NCBI GenBank assembly: GCA_963797855.1 | Contig: CAWCQX010000005.1 | Location: forward strand, 4,443-68,442 | Direction of reading: 5' to 3' | Length of the DNA stretch: 64,000 nucleotides | Source: an uncultured Chloroflexia bacterium | Lineage (GTDB): Bacteria > Chloroflexota > Limnocylindria > QHBO01 | Shown here: piece by piece, positions 21,638 through 30,181 of the stretch | Position numbering within the stretch: position 1 is the first letter of the stretch | Layout of the letters: each line of letters starts with the position of its first letter | Position numbers and translations under genes: made by a program | Notes under the pieces: generated by a model | What the model saw: the letters and a program-made list of their open reading frames with translations, nothing else | Database searches by the model: none | What the model was told of the DNA's origin: nothing

Positions 21638-21850
21638 CTAGGCCGCGGTCGCGCGGCGACGAGAGGAGATCGCGAAGCTGGTGGGCGCCTCGAAGTTCGC
21701 CCCCTCCTCGATCTCGATGGCGGCGACCTGGTCGCTGCGCCAGTAGGCCTCCTCGCTCGCCGCGCGAAGGCGCCGCTCGCGAAGGTCGCGCTGCCGAGCC
21801 GAATACATCCGGCGCCGGCTGGCCTGGTGACGCGTTCGTCCCTTGCTCAC
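21638..21850 (-). CDS. Basic 70-aa ORF. Possibly the N-terminal part of the ftsL-like gene, separated from it by a frame break.
   Basis: It starts 30 nt after the rsmH stop. The frame of 21201..21482 stays open upstream across the stop of this ORF. Confidence 0.35.
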   Translation of the reverse strand: MSKGRTRHQASRRRMYSARQRDLRERRLRAASEEAYWRSDQVAAIEIEEGANFEAPTSFAISSRRRATAA

Positions 21851-21880
21851 TCGGGTGACCCTCCTGCTCGTTCCCGCGCG

Positions 21881-22840
21881 CTACGGGAGCTTCTCGGCGA
21901 CGCGCAGCTTCGCGCTGCGCGCGCGGCGGTTCCGCCGGACCTCCTCGGGGCCCGGGGTGATGACGCCCTTGGTGACGGCGCGCAGCTGGGCGCGGTGGCC
22001 GCAGGTGCAGACCGGCGGCAGCGGATCCTCGATGCAGTCACGGCTCTCGCGCGCGATGAAGCGCTTGACGATCCGGTCCTCGAGGCTGTGGTACGCGATG
22101 ACGGCCAGGTGCCCGCCCGGATGCATCGCGGCGAGCGCGCCGGCCAGTCCGGCGGAGAGCGCCTCGACCTCGCGGTTGACCGCGATGCGGAGCGCCTGGA
22201 ACGTGCGGGTCGCCGGATGGATCCGGCCGGCATCGGCTCCGCCACGGCGCGGCGGGGCCGCGGCGGCGACCACGTCCGCCAGGTCCGCGGCGGTCACGAG
22301 ACGCCCTTCCGAACGCGCCGCCAGGATCGCCTTCGCGATGCGGCCTGCACGGCGTTCTTCACCAAACGTCGCGAGGATTCCGGCGAGCTCTCGCTCCGAG
22401 GAGCGGTCGATGAGCTCGAGAGCCGATAGACCAGTGGTTTCATCGAATCTCATGTCCGGCGGCGCATCGGCCGCGAAGCTGAATCCCCGGCCGGGATCGG
22501 CGAGCTGATAGCTGCTGAGGCCGAGATCGAAGAGGACGGCGTCGAGCGGCGCCAGGCCGGAGTCGACCGCCGCGTCGTAGATCGACTCGAAGTTGGCGTG
22601 GCGCAGGATGACCCGGTCGCCATATGGGGCCAGCACGGAGGTCGCCTCCGCGATGGCCGCCCGGTCGGCATCGAGGCCGAGCAGGCGGCCATGCGGAGAC
22701 GTCGCCTCCAGAATCCGCTCGGCGTGCCCACCGCCGCCGACCGTGCAGTCCGCCACGGAGCTGCCAGGACCGATGCCGAGCGAGGAAATGACCTCGTCGA
22801 CCAGGACCGGCAGGTGCCCTTCTCCCATGGCGCGTCGCAC
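21881..22840 (-). CDS. rsmH: 16S rRNA (cytosine1402-N4)-methyltransferase
   Basis: Intact 319-aa ORF with HLPVLVDEV, DCTVGGGGH, DLGLSSYQL and FQALRIAVN. Confidence 0.93.
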   Translation of the reverse strand: MRRAMGEGHLPVLVDEVISSLGIGPGSSVADCTVGGGGHAERILEATSPHGRLLGLDADRAAIAEATSVLAPYGDRVILRHANFESIYDAAVDSGLAPLDAVLFDLGLSSYQLADPGRGFSFAADAPPDMRFDETTGLSALELIDRSSERELAGILATFGEERRAGRIAKAILAARSEGRLVTAADLADVVAAAAPPRRGGADAGRIHPATRTFQALRIAVNREVEALSAGLAGALAAMHPGGHLAVIAYHSLEDRIVKRFIARESRDCIEDPLPPVCTCGHRAQLRAVTKGVITPGPEEVRRNRRARSAKLRVAEKLP

Positions 22841-22898
22841 CTCTTGTGTCGAGCGGCGGGCCGAGCGGCCCGGAGACGCATGAATGGCCTCGGCACCG

Positions 22899-23348
22899 TC
22901 AGATGCCCAGGTCGGCGAGGTGCTCGGCGAGTGCCTCCGGCTCGTCCTCGATCTGGGACCGATACGGACCCCACCGCGTCGGCGCCCAGATCTCGAGTCG
23001 GTTCAGCGCGCCGACCACGACCACCTCGCTCTCGGTCAGGCCGGCGTACTCGCGCAGATAGCTCGGGACGAGGACTCGCCCCTGTCGATCGAGCTCCACC
23101 TCGACCGCCCCCGAGCTCATGAAGCGGCCGAACTGTCGCGCGGCCGCGTTGGTCGTCGGCAGGCCCTGGATCCGGGCCGCCAGCTCCTCCCAGGTGTCCG
23201 ACGGAAAGATGGCCAGGCAGCCATCCAGCCAGCGCGCCAGGGTCGCTCCCTGCGCCAGGCGCGGACGGAAGCGGACCGGGACCGCCACTCGGCCCCGATC
23301 GTCCAGTGCGTGCCGGAACTCCCCGGTGAGGAAGGTCGCCCGCTCCAT
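22899..23348 (-). CDS. mraZ: Transcriptional regulator MraZ
   Basis: Intact 149-aa ORF with two DxxxR-type repeats (LDDRGRVAVP / LDRQGRVLVP). Confidence 0.95.
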   Translation of the reverse strand: MERATFLTGEFRHALDDRGRVAVPVRFRPRLAQGATLARWLDGCLAIFPSDTWEELAARIQGLPTTNAAARQFGRFMSSGAVEVELDRQGRVLVPSYLREYAGLTESEVVVVGALNRLEIWAPTRWGPYRSQIEDEPEALAEHLADLGI

Positions 23349-23361
23349 CTGGCCTGTCGTT

Positions 23362-23397
23362 CACCACTAGTCCCCATTTGGCCCCATTTGGAACCAC
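23362..23397 (-). promoter_or_regulatory. Candidate MraZ operator: four TGGKK pentamers at exact 10-nt phasing
   Basis: Minus strand reads GTGGTTCCAAATGGGGCCAAATGGGGACTAGTGGTG. It lies between the -10 box and the mraZ ATG. Confidence 0.55.
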
Positions 23398-23405
23398 AGG
23401 GCGCC

Positions 23406-23433
23406 ACTATACAGACCGCGAACCGCCCGTCAA
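23406..23433 (-). promoter_or_regulatory. dcw-cluster promoter candidate: -35 TTGACG, 16-nt spacer, -10 TATAGT
   Basis: Minus strand reads CCCTTGACGGGCGGTTCGCGGTCTGTATAGTGG. Confidence 0.5.
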
Positions 23434-23539
23434 GGGGTTTTGCGCATCGGCGCATGGGAGTTTTCGGCCAGGGCCGAGCGGGCACTCAGGGTCGACCGGC
23501 CCGGCGGCGATCGATCTCGCCGGGCGATGGCCGCGGGCT

Positions 23540-24494
23540 CAGGGAGCGGGCGTCGCCTCGGGGAACTCGGTGAGCTCGTCGCCGGGTGAGGTAGGCGGAG
23601 CGGCGCTCGCCGTCGGAGCTCAGGAAGACGGCACGGACGCGGAAGTTGCCCGAGTCCGGGATAGAGGTACGACCAGCGCCTGAGGCCGCCTTCGGCCGTC
23701 TCCCAGAAGACCTCGCCGTCGGCTCCGTTGCGCGGATCGGCCCGCGCGTAGGAGAAGCCGTCGAACGACGTCTCCCGCGTGTCGACGACCTCGCCGTCGT
23801 CGTTGATCCGGAACAGCGTGTAGCTCCGTGGCCCGACCGACACCTCATAGAAGGCGAACGTGTCGCCCGCCGACGGCGTCGGCTCCGGCGTCGGCGTCGC
23901 GAGCTCCGATCCGCTGGGTTGCGCCGTTGTCGTCGGCTCCAGGGAGCCGCTCGAGTCGGTCGGGCCGGTCGGTGTCGGCTCCGGCGTCAGCAACGGCGTC
24001 GGCGAGGGCGAGCTCGACGCGACGGCGACCGGGAACAGGCCCTGGCCAAACACCAGGTATCCGGCCGCCCCGCCACCGACGACGACGAGGAGCAGCAGCA
24101 GGAGAAGGAGCGGCGCGGCGCGGCGTCGGCGCCTGGGCGGAGCGGGCGGCGCCGCCACCGGCTCGGGAAGCGGGGCACGAGGGCGGCGCAGCGCCTCCAG
24201 CTCCTCGGTCGGGATGACGAGCACGCCGCGCAGGTACCGGGGGCAGTTGCCGTAGCCGCGCTCCTGGCACACCCGCGTCTGCTGCTCCGCCGAGAGCGGG
24301 GCGGGATCACCGAACGCGTAGCAGCGGTGGTCGTCGCTGACCCCCTCGACGTAGCCGGCGCGCTCGTCGACCAGGCCGAGGAACGGGCAGATGTGCTCGG
24401 GCCGCTCGGCGAGCTTCGCGAAGAGCGCGCGGCGTTCAGCCTCGCGAACGGCCTCCGCGGCCGCCTCCTCCTCGCGCTTGCGTCGACCGAACAC
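23540..24494 (-). CDS. Uncharacterised membrane protein with a cytoplasmic 4-Cys domain, one TM segment, a Pro/Thr/Ser linker and an extracytoplasmic domain. Frame breaks at about 23662 and 23588.
   Basis: ORF 23430..24632 trimmed to GTG 24494 (GGAGGTGCC upstream). Contains CPFLG...HRCYAF...RVCQERGYGNCPRYL, then LLLLLLLLVVVGGGAAGYLVF. The C-terminus IPDSGNFRVRAVFLSSDGE lies in another frame. Confidence 0.6.
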
Positions 24495-24926
24495 GGCACC
24501 TCCTGGCGTGGCAGCAGCACCGCGCACGCGGCAACAGAGCGTGAGTCTAGCGCGAGGGAGATCGGCGTCGTCAGACGCAACCCGGTGGCTGCGCGATGGT
24601 ACGAACGCGCCATTGTTGACCGCACGCCACACCCGCTAGCCTGCGAATCGGAGTACCGAACACACGCGGAGGGGGCAGCCAGATGGCGCTGAACCCGATC
24701 GAGGGGACCGACGAGCGCCGACCGATCCCACGATCAGGTCGCATCCGCCGCTGCTCGGTCCGGCACGTCAGCATCCTCCCCGGCGACCCGCCCGGCGTGC
24801 AGGTCGACTGCCTCCTCGGCGGGGCTCGAGCACCCACTCCCGCTTGGCACGATGGACGAGGCGCGACCGGTCTGCAACGCCTGCACGGCGAGGTCCGTGT
24901 GGCGCGAGGACGAGGACTAGGCGAAG

Positions 24927-25262
24927 GTCCCTGGAGAGCGGCCTGTAAGCCGAGTTCTGTCGTGAGCCGATGCGAGCATCGGCCACGGATGGTCATCCAT
25001 CTGTGCGACCTACCCGGGAGCTGAGCGAGCCACCTGCTGCGGCCGAAGCCGCGTTTCGCTCCCCTATTCGGTCTTGCTCCGGCTAGAGCTTGCCGCGTTT
25101 CACTCCCTCCCGGCGGACCGGGCGGGCATCGTCACTGTGGCGCTGTTCCTCGCCTCACGGCGGACGGGCGTTACCCGCTAGCCTGCTCTGAGGAGCTCGG
25201 ACTTTCCTCGGACGCGGCCTTTCGACCGATGCGCCCGCGACCATCCGGCCGCCTCCAGGGAG
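24927..25262 (-). ncRNA. rnpB: RNase P RNA, bacterial type A
   Basis: The reverse complement contains GAGGAAAGTCCGAGC (25195-25209) and ACAGAACTCGGCTTA (24946-24960). The 5' TCCCTGGAGGCGGCC pairs with the 3' GGCCGCTCTCCAGGGA as P1. A TACAAT -10 box sits at 25267-25272. End positions are accurate to about +/-5 nt. Confidence 0.9.
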
Positions 25263-25294
25263 CGCGATTGTACCCGACTCGAACGCCTGTTCGA

Positions 25295-25694
25295 TCAGCG
25301 TCCGTCGATGGCGACGTTGCTGAGCCGATCGGCGTCCTTGTTCAGCTCGCGCGGCACGTGGCCGACGGTATAGCCGTCGAGCGTGCCGCAGCAGATCCAT
25401 CACCGCGGCGTGGATCGGCTTGAGGTCGGGGTGCTTCACCCGATAGATGCCGCTGATCTGGCGCGCGACGAGCTGCGAGTCCATGCGCAGGTCGACGTGG
25501 GTGGCGCCGAGACGGCGCGCCTCCTCGAGGGCCAGCAGGACGGCGGTCCACTCGGCCACGTTGTTCGTCGCATGTCCCAGCGGCTCGGCGATCTCCGCGA
25601 GCACGGTGCCGTCGGAGTCTCGGAGGATCGCGCCGGCACCGGCGGGACCGGGGTTCCCGCGCGCGGCGCCATCGGTGTAGATCAGGAGCCTCAC
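25295..25694 (-). CDS. rnhA: Ribonuclease HI. One frame break at about 25383.
   Basis: Sequence runs VRLLIYTDGAARGNPGPAGAGAIL...TNNVAEWTAVLLALE...LRMDSQLV. The C-terminus GYTVGHVPRELNKDADRLSNVAIDGR lies in the neighbouring frame. GTGA overlap with the sdhB stop. Confidence 0.85.
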
Positions 25695-26395
25695 CGGAGG
25701 CCGGCGCCGCGGATCTCGTTCGTCACCTCGAGGATCGCGCGGGTGATCTTGATGTCCCGCGGGCAGGCCTCGACGCAGTTGAAGGTCGTGCGGCATCGCC
25801 ACACGCCGTCCGGGTCGGCCATGATCTGGAGCCGCTCGTCATGGGCGCGATCGCGCGAGTCGACGATGAACCGATGGGCGTTCACGATCGCCGCCGGGCC
25901 GACGTACTCCTGGTCGGACCAGAACACCGGGCAGCTCGTCGTGCAGGCGGCGCAGAGGATGCAGCGGCTGGTGTCCTCGAATCGGGCTCGGTCGGCCGGC
26001 GACTGGCGACGCTCCCTCCCGTCGGCAGGGACGTCGGGGTTGACGAGGAACGGCATCACCTGCTTGTACGAGTCCCAGAACGGCTCCATGTCGACGAGCA
26101 GGTCCTTGGCGACGCCCATGCCGCGGATCGGCTCGATCGTGATGCGCGTGCCGGCGTCGCGGACGAGGTACTCGCAGGCGAGCCGATTCTGTCCGTTGAT
26201 CAGCATCGCGTCGGAGCCGCAGACCCCGTGCGCGCACGAGCGACGGAAGGTGAGCGTCCCGTCCTGGTACCACTTCACCTGGTGGAGGAGGTCGAGCACC
26301 CGATCGCTCGGCTCGGCGTCGACGACGTACTCCTCCCAGTGCGGCTCGCGGTCGAGCTCCGGGTTGTAGCGGAGGATCCGGACGGTGACGTCCAT
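25691..26395 (-). CDS. sdhB: Succinate dehydrogenase / fumarate reductase iron-sulfur subunit
   Basis: This is the tail of the 949-aa ORF starting at MDVTVRILRYNPE. Cys clusters present: CAHGVCGSDAM, CILCAACTTSCP, CRTTFNCVEACP. Confidence 0.93.
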   Translation of the reverse strand: MDVTVRILRYNPELDREPHWEEYVVDAEPSDRVLDLLHQVKWYQDGTLTFRRSCAHGVCGSDAMLINGQNRLACEYLVRDAGTRITIEPIRGMGVAKDLLVDMEPFWDSYKQVMPFLVNPDVPADGRERRQSPADRARFEDTSRCILCAACTTSCPVFWSDQEYVGPAAIVNAHRFIVDSRDRAHDERLQIMADPDGVWRCRTTFNCVEACPRDIKITRAILEVTNEIRGAGLR

Positions 26396-28189
26396 CAATA
26401 GACCCTCGGCTTCGGCTCGAACTTCGTGATCACCACCGGCTTGTAGTCGAGGGCGATCTCCCCCGTCCCCGGCGACCGGCTCACGAACGTGTGCTTCAGC
26501 CAGTTCTCGTCGTCGCGCTCGGGGAAGTCCTCTCGCGCGTGGCCGCCACGGGACTCGGTGCGGGCGAGCGCCGACGCCACGGTCGCCTCGGCGGAGTCGA
26601 GGAGGAAGCCGAGCTCGAGCGCATCGGTCAGGTCGGTGTTGTAGCGGCAGCCTCGGTCGTCGACCCGCAGCGTCCGCGCGCGGGCCTTCAGCGACGCGAC
26701 CGCGTCGCGCGCCTCGGTCAGGAGCTCCTCGGTGCGGTAGACGCCGCACTTCGAGAACATCACCTCCTGGAGCTCGGTGCGGATGACGGCCGGGCGCTCG
26801 CCATCGGTCCCCGGACAGGAGGCCGGACACCATCCCCTGGACCGATGCCTCCGCCTCCGGGTCGGCCGCGGGCGAGGGCAGCTCGCCGAGGTCGGCGGCC
26901 ATCCGCTTCCCGGCACGGCGTCCGAAGACGAGGATGTCCAGCAGCGAGTTCGTGCCGAGCCGGTTCGCGCCGTGGACCGATACGCACGCGACCTCGCCGG
27001 CGGCATACAGGCCGGGGACGACGCGGCCGCCGACGTCCGCCAGGGCGCGGCCGTCGATGTCGGTCGGGATGCCGCCCATCGCGTAGTGGGCGGTCGGCTG
27101 GATCGGCACGAGATCGGTCAGCGGGTCGAGCCCGAAGTACGTGCGGATGAAGCCGCTCATGTCGGGGAGCTTCTTGTCGAGCACCTCCGCGCCGAGATGG
27201 CGCACGTCGAGATGGACGTAGTCCTTGCCCCCGATCCCCCGCCCCTCGGCAACCTCGAGGTAGATCGATCGCGAGACGACGTCGCGCGAGGCGAGGTCCT
27301 TCATCGTCGGGGCGTAGCGCTCCATGAACCGCTCGCCGGCGTCGTTGACGAGGAAGCCGCCCTCGCCGCGCATCGCCTCCGACAGGAGGAAGCCGAGCTT
27401 GTACATGCCGGTCGGGTGGAACTGGAAGAACTCCATGTCCTCGAGCGGCAGGCCGCGGCGGTACGGGATCGCCATCCCGTCGCCGGTGAGGGTGTGGGCG
27501 TTGCTCGTGACCTTGAAGACCTTGCCGTAGCCGCCGGTTCCGAAGAGGACCGCCTTCGCCCGAAAGGCATGGAGCTCCGAGGTCGCCAGCTGGAGCGCGA
27601 TCACCCCGCTGACCGGCCCTCCCGGGCCTTCGGGCAGGAGGAGGTCGAGCACCTGGTACTCGTCGAAGAAGGTCACCTCGCGGCGGATGCACTGCTGGAA
27701 GAGGGTCTGGAGGATGGCGTGCCCGGTGCGGTCGGCGGCGAAGCAGCTGCGGCGCACCGGGCCCTCCCCGTAGTTGCGGGTGTGCCCACCGAATCGCCGC
27801 TGGTTGATGAGTCCCTCGGGCGTGCGGTCGAACGGCAGGCCGAGATGCTCGAGGTTGATGATCGTCTCGATCGCGTCGCGGCACATCACCTCGGCCGCGT
27901 CCTGGTCGACGAGGTAGTCGCCGCCCTTGACCGTGTCGAACCAATGCCACTCCCAGTGGTCCTCCTCGGTGTTCCCGAGCGCGGCGCACACGCCGCCCTG
28001 CGCGGCACCGGTGTGAGACCGGGAGGGATAGAGCTTCGAGATGACACCGATGCGGGCCTCCGGCCCGAGGTCCTGCTTCAGCTCGAGTGCGGCGTACAGG
28101 CCGGCGCCCCCGGCCCCGACGACGACCGCGTCGAGCTCGTGCACCCGACTGGGCGGGATGATCGGTCCGCCACCGGTGACGAGCGTCAC
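26395..28189 (-). CDS. sdhA: Succinate dehydrogenase flavoprotein subunit. One frame break at about 26809-26813, in a CCCC run.
   Basis: Contains DAVVVGAGGAGLYAA, SRSHTGAAQGG (the FAD-histidine region) and HPTG...GEGG. The C-terminal part is ORF 26395..27006 (ESRGGHAREDFPERDD). Confidence 0.92.
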
Positions 28190-28632
28190 CCGAATGGCCC
28201 GGTCGGCGGAGCGGTGTTCGGGTCGAAGAAGAGGATGATCGCCATCCCGAGCACGAGCCAGATCCCGGCCAGCACGAGCAGGACGCCGACGAGCAGGCTC
28301 CGCGCCGTGCGGTTCGCGACGTAGTCGCCGATGACGACCCGCGTGCCGTTCGCCCCGTGGATGAAGGCCAGCAGGAGCAGGAGGAAGTCGTAGATGCGCC
28401 AGAACGGCGACCCCCATCGGCTCTGGACGAACGCGAAGTTGATCTCGCCGCCGGTCAGCCCGACGAGCACGTGCATGATGAACATGTGGCCGAGCGCGAG
28501 CAGCACGAGGGCCAGGCCGCTCAGGCGCATGAAGTACCACCAGAACCGCTCGCGGCCCGATGCCTCCGGGAGCGGCCGCGCCGCGCGCGACGCGTTGGCG
28601 TAGATCGTTCGCGGCCGGCGGACGGCGGTCAT
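28186..28632 (-). CDS. sdhD: Succinate dehydrogenase membrane anchor subunit
   Basis: 148-aa hydrophobic ORF between sdhC and sdhA. GTGA overlap with sdhA. Confidence 0.78.
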   Translation of the reverse strand: MTAVRRPRTIYANASRAARPLPEASGRERFWWYFMRLSGLALVLLALGHMFIMHVLVGLTGGEINFAFVQSRWGSPFWRIYDFLLLLLAFIHGANGTRVVIGDYVANRTARSLLVGVLLVLAGIWLVLGMAIILFFDPNTAPPTGPFG

Positions 28633-28636
28633 CGGC

Positions 28637-29008
28637 TCAGCCCCATGGCATGAACGGGCGGGTCATGATGAAGGCCAGCGGGATCATCGCCACGATCGTC
28701 GCGCTGATGACGCCGTAGGTCAGCTGCCGGTAGTAGACGGTGAGGCCCGGCCAGAAGTCCATCGCGATCACCCGCAGTCCGTTGAGGGCGTGGTAGACGA
28801 GCGCGGCCATGAGGACGACCTCGCCGAGCCGCGCGGGGAGGTTCTTGAAGATGCCGACGGCGGCGTTGTAGACGTCCGGCCCGAAGAGCACGGTCGAGGT
28901 CTCGACGATGTGCATGAACAGGTAGAGGAGCACGCCCAGACCGCTGATGCGGTGGCCGAACCAGGCCAGCTCAGCCCATGACACGCGGTATCCGAAGACG
29001 GTGATCAC
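28637..29008 (-). CDS. sdhC: Succinate dehydrogenase cytochrome b subunit
   Basis: 123-aa ORF with three TM segments; first gene of sdhCDAB. GGGAGGA lies upstream of the GTG start. Confidence 0.78.
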   Translation of the reverse strand: MITVFGYRVSWAELAWFGHRISGLGVLLYLFMHIVETSTVLFGPDVYNAAVGIFKNLPARLGEVVLMAALVYHALNGLRVIAMDFWPGLTVYYRQLTYGVISATIVAMIPLAFIMTRPFMPWG

Positions 29009-29074
29009 GTCGGCGCGTCGATCCTCCCAGGGGCACCGCCCGACCGGGCGATGCGAACTAGCGGCCCCGCGATT

Positions 29075-30082
29075 CTATCGCGAGACCCGGGCCGCCACCG
29101 CCTCGGCGAACTCGCGCGTGCCGGCGGTGCCGCCGAGGTCGTAGGTGACGGTCGTTCCCTCGGCGATCACGTCGCGCGCGGCCGACTCGACCGCGTCGGC
29201 CGCATCGGTCTCGCCGAGGTGGCGGAGCATGAGGGCCCCCGACAGGATGAGGGCGGTGGGGTTGGCCCGGTTCTGGCCCGCGTACTTCGGGGCGGATCCG
29301 TGGACGGGCTCGAAGACCGCCGCCGTCTCGCCGATATTGGCGCCCGGCGCGACCCCCAGCCCGCCGACGAGGCCGGCGGCGAGGTCGGAGACGATGTCGC
29401 CGTACAGGTTCGGGAGCACGAGCACGTCGTAGAGCTCGGGCTTCTGGACCAGCTGCATGCACATGTTGTCGACGATGCGGTCCTCGAACTCGACGCGGCC
29501 GGCGTACTCGGCGGCGACCTGCTGGACCGACTCGAGGAAGAGGCCGTCGGACAGCTTCATGATGTTCGCCTTGTGCACGGCGGTCACCTTGCGCCGGCCG
29601 TTGCGCACCGCGTACTCGAAGGCGTACCGCGCGATCCGCTGGGACGCGGCGCGGGTGATGATCTTGATGCTCTCGGCCGCATCGGGCCCGACCCGATGCT
29701 CGATGCCGGCGTACAGGTCCTCGGTGTTCTCGCGGACGATGATCAGGTCGACGCCCTCGTAGCGCGTCTCGACCCCCTTCATCGTTCGCGCCGGTCGGAC
29801 GTTGGCGTACAGCTCCAGGGCCTGCCGCAGGCCGACGTTGACGGAGCGGAATCCGGATCCGACGGGCGTCGTGATCGGTCCCTTCAGGGCGACGCCGTTG
29901 GCGCGGATCGACTCGATGACGCGATCCGGCAGCGGCGTCCCCTCGCTGGCGATCGTCGCCTCGCCCGCCTCCTGCACGTCCCAGTCGAAGCCGATGCCGG
30001 TCGCCTCCAGCACCGTCCTGGCCGCATCGGCCAGCTCCGGACCGATCCCGTCGCCGGGAATCAACGTCACCGCGTAGGTCAT
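29075..30082 (-). CDS. icd: Isocitrate dehydrogenase, short NAD-type (isocitrate/isopropylmalate dehydrogenase family)
   Basis: Intact 335-aa ORF with [38 protein letters not shown] and [10 protein letters not shown]. The TCA-gene neighbourhood favours IDH over LeuB. Confidence 0.8.
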   Translation of the reverse strand: MTYAVTLIPGDGIGPELADAARTVLEATGIGFDWDVQEAGEATIASEGTPLPDRVIESIRANGVALKGPITTPVGSGFRSVNVGLRQALELYANVRPARTMKGVETRYEGVDLIIVRENTEDLYAGIEHRVGPDAAESIKIITRAASQRIARYAFEYAVRNGRRKVTAVHKANIMKLSDGLFLESVQQVAAEYAGRVEFEDRIVDNMCMQLVQKPELYDVLVLPNLYGDIVSDLAAGLVGGLGVAPGANIGETAAVFEPVHGSAPKYAGQNRANPTALILSGALMLRHLGETDAADAVESAARDVIAEGTTVTYDLGGTAGTREFAEAVAARVSR

Positions 30083-30181
30083 CGGAGGTCCTCGCTGCTG
30101 CGGCCGGTCAACGCGCCGGCGGGCACACGCGCACGAGTCTAGAGCAGCGCGAGGGATCGGCCCGGAAGCCTCGAGCCGGGA

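Noticed and set aside
25691-28540. A 949-aa ORF suggesting an SdhA-SdhB fusion with an N-terminal extension
   Set aside because: It is sdhA (up to about 26811) read out of frame into sdhB. The real SdhA C-terminus is ORF 26395..27006, and sdhB has its own ATG at 26395 overlapping the sdhA stop. The N-terminal ~115 residues are the antisense or out-of-frame reading of sdhD.
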